Below are positions 1 through 9,121 of a DNA stretch of 64,000 nucleotides, one piece after another (positions within the stretch are counted from its first letter, which is position 1; every line of letters starts with the position of its first letter). The stretch is from assembly GCA_045598065.1 (NCBI GenBank), contig JAZLLJ010000030.1, positions 7,832 through 71,831 on the forward strand. The letters run 5' to 3'. The position numbers and the translations under genes are program-made. The DNA is from Acutalibacteraceae bacterium. Its GTDB lineage: Bacteria > Bacillota > Clostridia > Oscillospirales > Acutalibacteraceae. The notes under the pieces are model-generated. The model saw nothing but the letters and a program-made list of their open reading frames with translations, was not told the DNA's origin and ran no database searches.

Positions 1-226
1 TGGTGCCCGCGCCGTAGCTGGACACCGCCAAAAAGTCTACGCTGCACGGAATGGACAGCGCACGCACGAGATCTGCCGCAAAAATATACGAGCCTTTCAG
101 CACGGGGATAATAAATAGATTTTTCCCCTCATAGTCCTTGGAAATACGCGCTGCCACGTCGGTAACGAGAGATTTAATTCTTTCCTCGGTTACCAGCGTG
201 TAGGCGACGTCTTGTTCTCCGTTCAT
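1..226 (-). CDS. hpt: hypoxanthine phosphoribosyltransferase, N-terminal part (gene runs off the left edge)
   Basis: Manual reverse-strand translation from the ATG at 226-224 gives MNGEQDVAYTLVTEERIKSLVTDVAARISKDYEGKNLFIIPVLKGSYIFAADLVRALSIPCSVDFLAVSSYGAGT, a typical HPRT N-terminus. It lies directly downstream of tilS, the conserved tilS-hpt pair. Confidence 0.8.
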   Translation of the reverse strand, partial: MNGEQDVAYTLVTEERIKSLVTDVAARISKDYEGKNLFIIPVLKGSYIFAADLVRALSIPCSVDFLAVSSYGAGT

Positions 227-253
227 TTTGAAACCCTCTCTTTTTCAGTCGAA

Positions 254-1630
254 TTATTTTTCACGAAACGTTTCCGTTTTGGCAAACACTAAAACGTTTT
301 CGGTTTTTTCGGTAATTTTCGCCCGTTCGTCACAACCGAAACCGGGCACCATCACAACGCCGCACTCATCGCACAAGAGCGGTAGCTTGCGGCGGTCATT
401 TTCGGAAAGTCCTGCTTCGTTTAGTAATTTTTTCAGTGTCTTTGTTCCCCGACCGACCGGACGGTAGGCATCGCCGGGAAGACGGTTTCGCACCGTCAGA
501 CCGCCTTTGATTGTAGCATAGTCACAGCAAGAATAAAACAACAAACTGTGAACATTTCGACAATTTTCGAATTCCTTTGCCGAAAACAGCCGCAATGTAT
601 AGGATTCCCCGGCCACCGTCACCGATTCGTTGACATTGACGGGAAAGCAAAACGGCGCGACGTCCTCTTCGACTTCGGCAAGAAACAGTCGGTTGTTTTC
701 CGAAACCACGTTCACGCCGCCGGGAAGCGTCACGGCGCCGTCTTCCCGTGCCAGACGGCAAAGCGCGTCGATATGCTGTTTTTCCACGTTGACGGCGGTG
801 GGAAGCATTTGCAATACCGCGCGGCGTAAAATAGCAGGCGGCGCGGCGCACAGCACTTCCTTGTCGTACACACCGGGGTTTTCTTCAAATTCCGCACATT
901 CGAGGAGCAGCAGTCCTTGATCGCGCAAACATTCTTCGTCTTCACGCAACGTCTCGCAAAGGCGCAACAGTGCCAACTCCGTTTGGGGATTAACCGCTTT
1001 CAGCTCCGGCATAACCGTCGCGCGGATGCGATTGCGTGAATACGCTGTGTCACCGTTGGTTTCGTCGGTAACAAAATCCAAACCGTTTGCCTTTGCGTAG
1101 GCTTCCACGTCGGCGCGCGTGGCAAACAAGAGTGGGCGCACAAGAGAATCTCTTTTCGGAAAAATTCCGCAAAGCCCGTGCAATCCGCTTCCCCGTGTTA
1201 GATGAAGCAGCACGGTTTCGGCGTTATCGGATGCGGTATGCGCGGTAACAATGACGCCTTTTGCCGCGGAATACAGTGCTTCATACCGTAACCGACGGGC
1301 GGCTTGTTCCACGCTTTCCCCCGTTTCGGCCACAGTGGCAGGTACGTCCGCTTTCACCGCGGTAAACGGCACGTTCCACCGCGCACAAAGGGCTTTACAA
1401 AACGCCTCGTCCCGGTCAGCGGTCTCTCCGCGAAGTCTGTGATTAACGTGAAGCGCCGCAATCTCGCCCAAAGAAAGGCGATTCTTGGCGGCTAACAGTA
1501 AATGCAAAAGCACCACTGAATCCGCGCCGCCGGAAAGAGCGCAAAGCACCGGCTCTTTCGGCAAAAACAAACGGTGTTCTTCGGAAAAACCGCAAAAGCG
1601 GTCAAGCATCTCAGAAGGGATTGTCGGCAT
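254..1630 (-). CDS. tilS: tRNA(Ile)-lysidine synthase
   Basis: 458-aa ORF with the PP-loop motif SGGADSVVLL near the N-terminus and a TilS-type C-terminal domain, in tilS-hpt synteny. The start may be the internal Met at 1609, which would remove the 20-nt overlap with dnaB. Confidence 0.85.
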   Translation of the reverse strand: MPTIPSEMLDRFCGFSEEHRLFLPKEPVLCALSGGADSVVLLHLLLAAKNRLSLGEIAALHVNHRLRGETADRDEAFCKALCARWNVPFTAVKADVPATVAETGESVEQAARRLRYEALYSAAKGVIVTAHTASDNAETVLLHLTRGSGLHGLCGIFPKRDSLVRPLLFATRADVEAYAKANGLDFVTDETNGDTAYSRNRIRATVMPELKAVNPQTELALLRLCETLREDEECLRDQGLLLLECAEFEENPGVYDKEVLCAAPPAILRRAVLQMLPTAVNVEKQHIDALCRLAREDGAVTLPGGVNVVSENNRLFLAEVEEDVAPFCFPVNVNESVTVAGESYTLRLFSAKEFENCRNVHSLLFYSCCDYATIKGGLTVRNRLPGDAYRPVGRGTKTLKKLLNEAGLSENDRRKLPLLCDECGVVMVPGFGCDERAKITEKTENVLVFAKTETFREK

Positions 1631-2996
1631 TTTGCGCCTCCTGCTCCGAGCGAGACGCGGTAGAGAACTGGGTAAACTCGCCGGAGAAATTCATATCCAC
1701 CGTACCGAGGCGGCCGTGACGGTTTTTCGCCACAATGACCTCGGCGGTGCCGAATTTGACGTTCGACGGATCTTCGCCGGGATTGGCGGCCATTTCCTCA
1801 CGGTAGAGGAACAACACCTGGTCGGCATCCTGCTCGATAGAGCCGGATTCACGCAGGTGAACGAGTGTCGGGCGCTGGTCACGGGTTGCGGCTTCGCGGC
1901 GCAACTGAGCGCATACCACAACGGGGATGTTCAGTTCTTTGGCCAAGATCTTGAATCCGCGGGTGATATCCGAAACCTCTTGCACACGGTTTTCGGTCTT
2001 TTTAGGTGATTCCATAAGGCCGAGATAGTCCACGATAACCAATCCTACGTCGGGAACACGGCGCAAACGGGCTTTGATATCCGGCGCAGTGACGTTGGTG
2101 CTGTCGTCTAAGAAAATGTGTGCCTGCGAGAGCACGCTTGCGGCGGCGGCCAACCGTGTCCACTCCGCCGGAACGAGGTTGCCTACGCGAAGCCGCGTAG
2201 ACGGCACTTTTGCCTCAGCGGAAAGAAGGCGGTTGACCATTTCCTCTTTGCTCATCTCCAAGTTGAAGATGGCAACGGTACGGTGTTGTTCAATGGCGAC
2301 GTTACGCGCCAAGTTCAGCACAAACGACGTTTTACCCACACCGGGACGGGCACCGACAATAATCAAGTTGCCGCGGTTAAGACCGGTGGTAATGTTATCC
2401 AGTTCCGGCATACCCGTCGGAATACCGACCAGTTTTGCCCGTTCTTCCGGAATAGACATTTTATTGTAGATATCGTAATTCTCTTGGATGGCGGTGGCGA
2501 TGGGTGTCAATCCCCCGTCGTAGCGGTCGTGGCGAATGTCATAAATTCGCTGTTCCGCGTTTTCGATAAGGTTATCGAAATCCGCCGAAGGGTCCATGGA
2601 CTCGTCCAAGATTTTACGGGAAGCGTCAATCAATTTGCGAACGTCCGCCTTTTTCTGGACCATTTCGGCATAGCGACGCACACTACCCACTGACGGAACG
2701 ATGTCCACCAATTTGAGCAGATACTCTTTTCCCTCGTTGCCTGCAAAGAAACCTTCGGATTTCAGCGCTTCGCGAACGGTTACGAAGTCAATGACTTCGT
2801 TTTGCATCATTTTTTGAATCATCACGCGATAAATCGCCTGATGTTCCGGCAAATAAAAGTGTTCGGCTTTCAGCATATCGGCGACTTCATTGATAGCTTT
2901 CGCATCAATGAGAATCGCACCGAGCACCGCCTGTTCCGCTTCGAGACTGTACGGTAAGTTCAGTCCCTCGGAATAGGTTTGGGTATCTTTCGGCAT
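1611..2996 (-). CDS. dnaB: replicative DNA helicase
   Basis: 461-aa ORF. N-terminal LPYSLEAEQAVLGAIL, Walker A GARPGVGKTSF and the C-terminal RecA-like fold motifs typical of DnaB. It follows rplI as in many Firmicutes. Confidence 0.95.
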   Translation of the reverse strand: MPKDTQTYSEGLNLPYSLEAEQAVLGAILIDAKAINEVADMLKAEHFYLPEHQAIYRVMIQKMMQNEVIDFVTVREALKSEGFFAGNEGKEYLLKLVDIVPSVGSVRRYAEMVQKKADVRKLIDASRKILDESMDPSADFDNLIENAEQRIYDIRHDRYDGGLTPIATAIQENYDIYNKMSIPEERAKLVGIPTGMPELDNITTGLNRGNLIIVGARPGVGKTSFVLNLARNVAIEQHRTVAIFNLEMSKEEMVNRLLSAEAKVPSTRLRVGNLVPAEWTRLAAAASVLSQAHIFLDDSTNVTAPDIKARLRRVPDVGLVIVDYLGLMESPKKTENRVQEVSDITRGFKILAKELNIPVVVCAQLRREAATRDQRPTLVHLRESGSIEQDADQVLFLYREEMAANPGEDPSNVKFGTAEVIVAKNRHGRLGTVDMNFSGEFTQFSTASRSEQEAQNADNPF

Positions 2997-2998
2997 AC

Positions 2999-3442
2999 TT
3001 ACTCCTCCGCAACAGTAACGTTCAGCGTGGCAGACACTTCCTGATGGAATTTCACTTTCACCGGGAAGGTGCCGAACTGTTTGATATCGTCCATTTGGAC
3101 AAATTTCTTTTCCACCTCAATGCCGAACACGGTTTTCAGTTCTTCGGCAACGCGTTTGGAGGTCACAGCGCCGAACAGTTTGCCGGCAGAACCGGCTTTA
3201 GCGGCGATACGGATTTCTTTGCCCTCCACTTTAGCGGCGGCTTCTTTAGCTTCTTTCAGCGCCATTTCCGCGTGGTACTGTTTCGAGGATTCGCGGTTTT
3301 TGAGTTCGCTCATCGCTTTGGCATCTGCCGGCGTGGCGAGGTTACGGGGAAACAGATAGTTTCGGGCGTATCCATCGGATACAGTGACCAGTTCCCCTTT
3401 TTTGCCTTGCGCTTTAACATCTTGCAATAAAACGACTTTCAT
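2999..3442 (-). CDS. rplI: 50S ribosomal protein L9
   Basis: 147-aa ORF starting [32 protein letters not shown], the canonical L9 N-terminus. Confidence 0.95.
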   Translation of the reverse strand: MKVVLLQDVKAQGKKGELVTVSDGYARNYLFPRNLATPADAKAMSELKNRESSKQYHAEMALKEAKEAAAKVEGKEIRIAAKAGSAGKLFGAVTSKRVAEELKTVFGIEVEKKFVQMDDIKQFGTFPVKVKFHQEVSATLNVTVAEE

Positions 3443-3463
3443 TGTGATTTCCTCCTCTATTGG

Positions 3464-5326
3464 TTACACATCCATGATGACCGGCAAGATCATCGGGTTG
3501 CGTTTGGTTTTTTGGAATACAAAGCGAGACAGTTCATCTCGCACACGGTTTTTCATCATCGGCCAATCGCGACTGTGAGTGCGACAACAGTCTTCAAGCG
3601 TTTTTCGTGCCACCTGCTTCATCTCATCAAGCAGTTCTTCCGCCTCTTTGGCATACACGAAGCCACGCGTCACGATATCCGGGCCGGACACCAGGTCGCC
3701 GATAATAGAGTCGATTGACGCGACCACCACGATAAGGCCGTCCTGCGACAGTTTGGTACGGTCGCGTAACACCGCATTGCCCACGTCACCGATGCCGAGA
3801 CCGTCCACCAGTAAGCGGCCGGCAGGCACAGTGTTCGTTACTTCCATCTTGTCGCGCGTAAGGGACACTTCCTGCCCGATATCCGAAATCAATACGTTTT
3901 TCGGGGACATCCCCATTGACACCGCCAGCGCCGCGTGTTTGCGTAAATGGCGCTGTTCGCCGTGGACGGGAATAAAGTATTTCGGGCGGACAAGTCCGTG
4001 AATAATTTTCAGTTCTTCTTGGCAGGCGTGGCCGGACGTATGCACGTCGTACATCTTCTCATACACCACGTCACAGCCGCGGCGCATTAGCTCGTTGACT
4101 ACGCGACTGACAGATTTCTCGTTGCCGGGAATGGGGGTAGCGGAGATGATAATCGTGTCTTGCGGCCCGACTTCCACCTGACGATGGTCGGAGAACGCCA
4201 TTCTTGTCAATGCGGACATCGGTTCTCCCTGGCTGCCGGTCGTAATGATGACCAACTTACAAGCAGGATAGTTTCGAATTTCCTCAATGTCAATAAGGAT
4301 GCCTTTCGGCACTTTTAAGTAACCGAGTTCGGTCGCAATCGCCACAAAATTCACCATACTGCGACCGGAGATGGCCACTTTGCGTTTTTCTTTGGCGGCC
4401 GAGTCGATAATCTGCTGAATACGGTGCAAGTTCGATGAGAACGTTGCGACGATAATACGGTCGCCTTGCGCTTTACGGAACAGATTGGCGAGGCTGTCGC
4501 CCACCATTCGTTCGGTCGGCGTATAGCCGGAGCGCTCCACGTTGGTGGAATCGCAAAGAAGCGCCAATACGCCTTCGCGCCCCAATCCACCAAAACGGGC
4601 AAGGTCAATCATTTTGCCGTGAATCGGCGTACAGTCAATCTTAAAGTCGCCGGTGTGCACCACCGTTCCCTGCGGCGTTTTAACAGCAAGCGCCACCGCA
4701 TCGGGGATCGAGTGATTGACGTTGATAAATTCCACCGCGAGTTTACCGAGTTTCACCGTTTGCCCTGCCGCCACTTCGTGATAGTCAGTGGTTTTGTCAA
4801 GACCGAACTCCGTGAGTTTGGAGTTGACGAGCGCAAGCGTAAGTTTTGTACCGTAAACCGGCAGTTTCGCTTCTTTTAAGAAATACGGTAACGCACCGAT
4901 ATGGTCTTCGTGTGCGTGAGTAAGCACAATGCCTTTGATGCGGTCTTTGTTTTGCACCGCATAAGAAAAATCGGGTAATACCACGTCCACGCCCGGCAAA
5001 TCGGCTTCGGGAAAGGTCATACCGCAGTCGATGATGATTGCATCACCGTCGTATTCAAGCATCGTCATATTTTTGCCGATTTCGTTAAGACCGCCGAGGA
5101 ACGTAATTTTCACCGGTGCGGTCGGCAACGTCTCTTTGCGATTTCTTTGTTTCTTTTGCGGTTGTTTTTTCGCCGTTTGGGGTTTTTGTTGTTTTTTCGG
5201 CGGTTGTTTCGCCGTTTTCAAAGTCCGCGCGTCGGCCGCCGTCGTATTCTTTTTGGCAGGTTTCTTCGCGGATTTTTGCTGTTTTTGTTCGGACGGATTC
5301 GTCCGTGCGTTTTGTTGTTTTTTCAA
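3464..5326 (-). CDS. rnj: ribonuclease J (metallo-beta-lactamase/beta-CASP) with a Lys/Gln-rich N-terminal extension
   Basis: 620-aa ORF. It has the HAHEDHIG metal-binding motif, KITFLGGLNEIGKN and RNase J C-terminal domain architecture. The first ~70 aa are low complexity (KKQQ/PKK). Confidence 0.9.
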   Translation of the reverse strand: MKKQQNARTNPSEQKQQKSAKKPAKKNTTAADARTLKTAKQPPKKQQKPQTAKKQPQKKQRNRKETLPTAPVKITFLGGLNEIGKNMTMLEYDGDAIIIDCGMTFPEADLPGVDVVLPDFSYAVQNKDRIKGIVLTHAHEDHIGALPYFLKEAKLPVYGTKLTLALVNSKLTEFGLDKTTDYHEVAAGQTVKLGKLAVEFINVNHSIPDAVALAVKTPQGTVVHTGDFKIDCTPIHGKMIDLARFGGLGREGVLALLCDSTNVERSGYTPTERMVGDSLANLFRKAQGDRIIVATFSSNLHRIQQIIDSAAKEKRKVAISGRSMVNFVAIATELGYLKVPKGILIDIEEIRNYPACKLVIITTGSQGEPMSALTRMAFSDHRQVEVGPQDTIIISATPIPGNEKSVSRVVNELMRRGCDVVYEKMYDVHTSGHACQEELKIIHGLVRPKYFIPVHGEQRHLRKHAALAVSMGMSPKNVLISDIGQEVSLTRDKMEVTNTVPAGRLLVDGLGIGDVGNAVLRDRTKLSQDGLIVVVASIDSIIGDLVSGPDIVTRGFVYAKEAEELLDEMKQVARKTLEDCCRTHSRDWPMMKNRVRDELSRFVFQKTKRNPMILPVIMDV

Positions 5327-5470
5327 CGAATTTCCTCCTAAAATCTACAAGAAAAGACAAAAAGTCCTATAAATAACGCAAACACAGATATTAGTATATT
5401 CCATTTTTGCCGTTTTGTCAATCGAAAGTCTGTCGAAACATGCCTTCTCACAAATTTTTTCCGTTTTCTC

Positions 5471-5498
5471 TTGTATGTGGAGAAATTTTTGGTATAAT
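5471..5498 (+). promoter_or_regulatory. sigma-A-type promoter for rnhA
   Basis: TTGTAT (5471-5476), 16-nt spacer, TGgTATAAT extended -10 (5490-5498). An AGGAGG RBS follows at 5521-5526. Confidence 0.55.
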
Positions 5499-5534
5499 GG
5501 AATGGAAAAATCCGACACTAAGGAGGCGGCTTGT

Positions 5535-5981
5535 TTGAAACACGTGGATTTGTTTACCGACGGCGCTTGTTCCGGCAATCCAGGTCCCGGCGGCTACGGT
5601 ACGATTTTGCGCTATAACGGAAACGAAATAGAACTGTCCGCCGGTGAGGAATCGACCACCAATAATCGCATGGAATTGACCGCCGTAATCGTGGGGCTTG
5701 CCGCACTAAAAGAAACCTGCGACGTCACGGTTTACAGCGACTCAAAATACGTGGTGGATGGCATCCAAAAAGGCTGGGCGGAGAACTGGAAACGCAACGG
5801 TTGGCGCAAAGCGGACAAAAAACCGGCGCTCAACGCGGATTTGTGGGACAAGCTCCTCTCGCTCCTCGCTATCCACGAGGTCCGCTTCGTGTGGCTCAAA
5901 GGTCACGACGGCCATCCCGAAAACGAGCGATGCGACAAAATGGCGGTGGCGGCGTACCAAAAATTCTTGCAAAAACCGTAA
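5535..5981 (+). CDS. rnhA: ribonuclease HI
   Basis: [19 protein letters not shown]...TNNRMEL...SDSKYV...GH motifs of RNase H1. The ORF opens at 5415, but the promoter and RBS geometry favour the in-frame TTG at 5535. Confidence 0.85.
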   Translation: MKHVDLFTDGACSGNPGPGGYGTILRYNGNEIELSAGEESTTNNRMELTAVIVGLAALKETCDVTVYSDSKYVVDGIQKGWAENWKRNGWRKADKKPALNADLWDKLLSLLAIHEVRFVWLKGHDGHPENERCDKMAVAAYQKFLQKP

Positions 5982-6050
5982 TTTTTTGTGACGAAAGTAT
6001 TGCAATTTCTACCAAATTGGTGTATATTGATTTTCGGTAAAAATTCCCCT

Positions 6051-7259
6051 ATGAAACGAGATGATTCTGTGGCAAAAATGATTTATGCCGACAACGCCGC
6101 CACCACGCGGTTGTTGCCGGAAGTTTTGGATGCGATGATGCCGTATCTGACCGAAGAATACGGCAACGCCTCTTCCCTTTACGGCTTCGGCCAAACCTCC
6201 CGTTATGCGATTGCGGATGCGCGCGAAGATATCGCAAACTGCCTCGGCTGTCTTGCGAGCGAAGTGTATTTCACTTCCGGCGGCAGTGAAGCGGATAACT
6301 GGGCGATCAAAATGGTCGCCGCCGAAATGGCGAAAAAAGGCAAAAAACATTTGATTTCCACCGCGTTTGAACATCACGCCGTTCTTCACACGCTAAAAGC
6401 GCTTGAAAAACAGGGCTTTGAGGTAACGCTTCTCCCCGTTTACGACAACGGTGTGGTGCGCGTGGAAGACGTGAAAAACGCCATCCGCGAGGATACCGCA
6501 CTCGTGTCCGTGATGTTTGCGAACAACGAAATCGGCACGGTACAACCTATCGCCGAAATCGGCGCCGTTTGCCACGAGGCCGGTGTGCTGTTCCACACCG
6601 ATGCGGTGCAGGCGGCCGGCCATTTGCCGATCAACTTCAAAGAGATGAACGTCGACCTTTTATCCCTCTCCGCCCACAAATTCCACGGGCCGAAAGGCAT
6701 GGGCGCATTGCTCTGCCGCCGCGGACTTCGCTTCCCGAACCTCATTGACGGCGGCGCGCAAGAACGCAACCGCCGCGCCGGAACGGAAAATACCGCCGGC
6801 ATCATTGGTACGGCAACCGCGTTGAAACTCGCCTGCGAAAAGCTGGATACAGTTACCCCCGTTATTACGGCGAAGCGCGACCGCCTGATTGCCGGCCTTT
6901 CGCAAATCTCCCATAGCCGCTTAAACGGCGATGCAAAGAAACGCTTACCGGGCAACGTCAATATGAGTTTTGAAGGTGTCGAGGGCGAAAGCCTGCTCCT
7001 CTATCTCGATGCGAAAGGCATTTGCGCCTCCTCCGGCTCGGCGTGCACCTCCGGCTCGCTCGACCCGAGCCACGTGCTGTTGTCCATTGGACTTAAACAC
7101 GAAGTCGCCCACGGCTCGCTGCGCCTGACGATTGACGAGGACACGACCGACGACGATATCAACACGATTTTAACCGCCGTTCCCGAAGTGGTGGATCGCC
7201 TGCGCGCGATGTCGCCGCTGTGGGAAGATATGATGAAACGAGAGAAAGAAGGAAACTGA
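6051..7259 (+). CDS. nifS: cysteine desulfurase (NifS/IscS class)
   Basis: PLP-lysine motif [10 protein letters not shown], catalytic-loop SSGSACTSG and class V aminotransferase layout. The ORF opens at 5988; the start was chosen at the Met at 6051, with 6078 as an alternative. Confidence 0.9.
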   Translation: MKRDDSVAKMIYADNAATTRLLPEVLDAMMPYLTEEYGNASSLYGFGQTSRYAIADAREDIANCLGCLASEVYFTSGGSEADNWAIKMVAAEMAKKGKKHLISTAFEHHAVLHTLKALEKQGFEVTLLPVYDNGVVRVEDVKNAIREDTALVSVMFANNEIGTVQPIAEIGAVCHEAGVLFHTDAVQAAGHLPINFKEMNVDLLSLSAHKFHGPKGMGALLCRRGLRFPNLIDGGAQERNRRAGTENTAGIIGTATALKLACEKLDTVTPVITAKRDRLIAGLSQISHSRLNGDAKKRLPGNVNMSFEGVEGESLLLYLDAKGICASSGSACTSGSLDPSHVLLSIGLKHEVAHGSLRLTIDEDTTDDDINTILTAVPEVVDRLRAMSPLWEDMMKREKEGN

Positions 7260-7260
7260 A

Positions 7261-7704
7261 ATGGCCTCTGTTTACAGCGAAAAAGTAATGGATCACTTCA
7301 CGAATCCCCGCAACGTCGGCGAAATCGCGGACGCGAACGGTGTCGGTGAAGTGGGCAACGCCGTGTGCGGCGATATTATGAAAATGTACATCAAAGTGGA
7401 AAACGACGTGATTGTGGACGTGAAGTTCAAAACGTTCGGTTGCGGCTCCGCGATCGCCACCAGCTCGATGGCGACGGAACTTATCAAAGGCAAACCGCTT
7501 TCCGAAGCGCTGAAACTCACGAACAAAGCCGTTGTGGAAGCGCTGGACGGTCTGCCGGCGCATAAGATCCACTGCTCGGTTTTGGCGGAGCAGGCGATCA
7601 AAGCCGCAATTGCCGACTATTACACCCGTCTCGGCATCGATCCCACCCCGTTTGTGGGCGAACTTCCGAACTCCTGTGACGGCGACTGCTGCCATACGCA
7701 TTAA
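7261..7704 (+). CDS. nifU: Fe-S cluster assembly scaffold (NifU/IscU N-terminal type)
   Basis: 147 aa with the three conserved Cys contexts (NAVCGD, FGCGSAIA, HCSVLA). Tightly coupled downstream of nifS. Confidence 0.9.
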   Translation: MASVYSEKVMDHFTNPRNVGEIADANGVGEVGNAVCGDIMKMYIKVENDVIVDVKFKTFGCGSAIATSSMATELIKGKPLSEALKLTNKAVVEALDGLPAHKIHCSVLAEQAIKAAIADYYTRLGIDPTPFVGELPNSCDGDCCHTH

Positions 7705-7732
7705 AACACAAAACACAAAACCCGCAACCGAA

Positions 7733-8010
7733 GGCCGGGAGTTCTTAAGGAATGTGTTGTTTCTCGCCTAAAAATTCCCGTCTGCATTGTTCCAAAAGCC
7801 CGTAAGGCGTCAGCCTTACGTGCTTTTTCAACTTCCCAGAACGAAAATTTTTATCGGCTACGAAACCGCGAAGCGCCTTAAAACACAGATTTTGGATGAA
7901 GAACGCGAAAAACCGCCTCGACTATACTGGCGTATAGCGGGGCGGTTTGACAATGTTCTGCGCCAAAATCTCGTGTTCTTAAGGAATACATTCCTTAAGA
8001 AATCCCGGCC
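7733..8010. repeat. ~278-bp intergenic element bounded by 26-bp imperfect inverted repeats, with internal hairpins (MITE-like or structured RNA)
   Basis: Left arm GGCCGGGAGTTCTTAAGGAATGTGTT (7733-7758) matches the reverse complement of the right arm (7985-8010) at 24 of 26 positions. Internal stems are CGTAAGGC/GCCTTACG (7801-7820), AAACCGCC...GGCGGTTT (7909-7947) and a 12-bp palindrome TTCTTAAGGAAT/ATTCCTTAAGAA (7975-8000). Confidence 0.6.
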
Positions 8011-8090
8011 AAAGAACGGGGATTTCAAAGGATATTCATAAAACGTGTGTCCGTAAATTTCTTTCGAACATTCACCGGATTACCGCAGTA

Positions 8091-8957
8091 TTATTGTTGT
8101 TTTGGCCCAAAATGTATCAGATCTTCAAAAGCGGATTGCAAATCCGCATACTTTTGAATCGGCGTACCGGAGGAAAAGCTTTCACATTCCTTGTTATCAA
8201 CCGTTATGAACACGGTCATTACTCTTCCCAAATCTGCCGAAGATTGTATTTGTTTAATGCTTTCTGCATCCAGCGTTTCCTTAATCTTTTCTTCCGCCCA
8301 GCAAGCCTCTGACTCAGACAGAGTACGACTGTCTTTCTCCGAGAAAAGGCTTTTTACTGAAAGAATATAATGTCCTTTCTTTTGTTCCAGTGAGCAAAAA
8401 ATCTTAAAGTTGTTTTCTTTTGAAATTTCTATGTAAGCCTTATTAACATTCATCAGAGGCGCTTGGTCGCAATATTTCGAAACGTCGATTCCGTATTTTT
8501 GGTTTAATTCAGCTTCGTTTTCTTTTGCCATGCGTTCCGTTTCCGCAATCAGTTGCTCTTTTGCTTTTTCCATTTCTTCATCAAATATCATTTCCCAATC
8601 ATTCGCGGTTTGAAAACACTGTAATACATCCCAAAAGCGATACTTGACAGCGATTGTGTGGAACTCTTCCGGGGTGACGGGGCAGACAACAGAAAACCGT
8701 TCATCTTCAAGCAGTGCAAACGGCTTGTGTGTATTTAAATCTAAGTAGAACCGCGCATAATAGAAATGTGAACGCGCATAATCGGGAAAACAAATGGCAA
8801 TATCACCATGTTCAATATGAGAAAACAAATCGCCTGCCGGTGGAATATCCGAATTGTATTGTAGTCCTTCTTTTATGAGTTTTTTTCGAAGTACGACAAC
8901 GTTTTTTTCCAATGACGAAGCAAAATGAAAAATCCCAAAGCCTTTTTTCATTGTCAC
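8091..8957 (-). CDS. hypothetical protein (288 aa), AT-rich orphan
   Basis: Long ORF with no competing frame and no motif I recognise. Hand counts of two 60-nt lines inside it give 32% and 37% GC, against 72% for a line of nifS. Confidence 0.6.
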   Translation of the reverse strand: MTMKKGFGIFHFASSLEKNVVVLRKKLIKEGLQYNSDIPPAGDLFSHIEHGDIAICFPDYARSHFYYARFYLDLNTHKPFALLEDERFSVVCPVTPEEFHTIAVKYRFWDVLQCFQTANDWEMIFDEEMEKAKEQLIAETERMAKENEAELNQKYGIDVSKYCDQAPLMNVNKAYIEISKENNFKIFCSLEQKKGHYILSVKSLFSEKDSRTLSESEACWAEEKIKETLDAESIKQIQSSADLGRVMTVFITVDNKECESFSSGTPIQKYADLQSAFEDLIHFGPKQQ

Positions 8958-9121
8958 AACCTCCGTTCTTGCTGAAATTGCAATCCTCTTTGGTGCGAGT
9001 GTTCATAAGGGATTTCATTAAGAACAATGTCCGGTAGCGAACACACATACTCGCCGCATCATTTTCATCAAGGTTTTTAGAACTTTCCATAACAAGCGAA
9101 CTCCTACGAGTGTTTTTGCAG

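Noticed and set aside
7787-8041. 84-aa ORF inside the inverted-repeat element
   Set aside because: It has no RBS and spans the hairpins and the right inverted repeat. Its composition is consistent with a chance ORF in a structured non-coding element.
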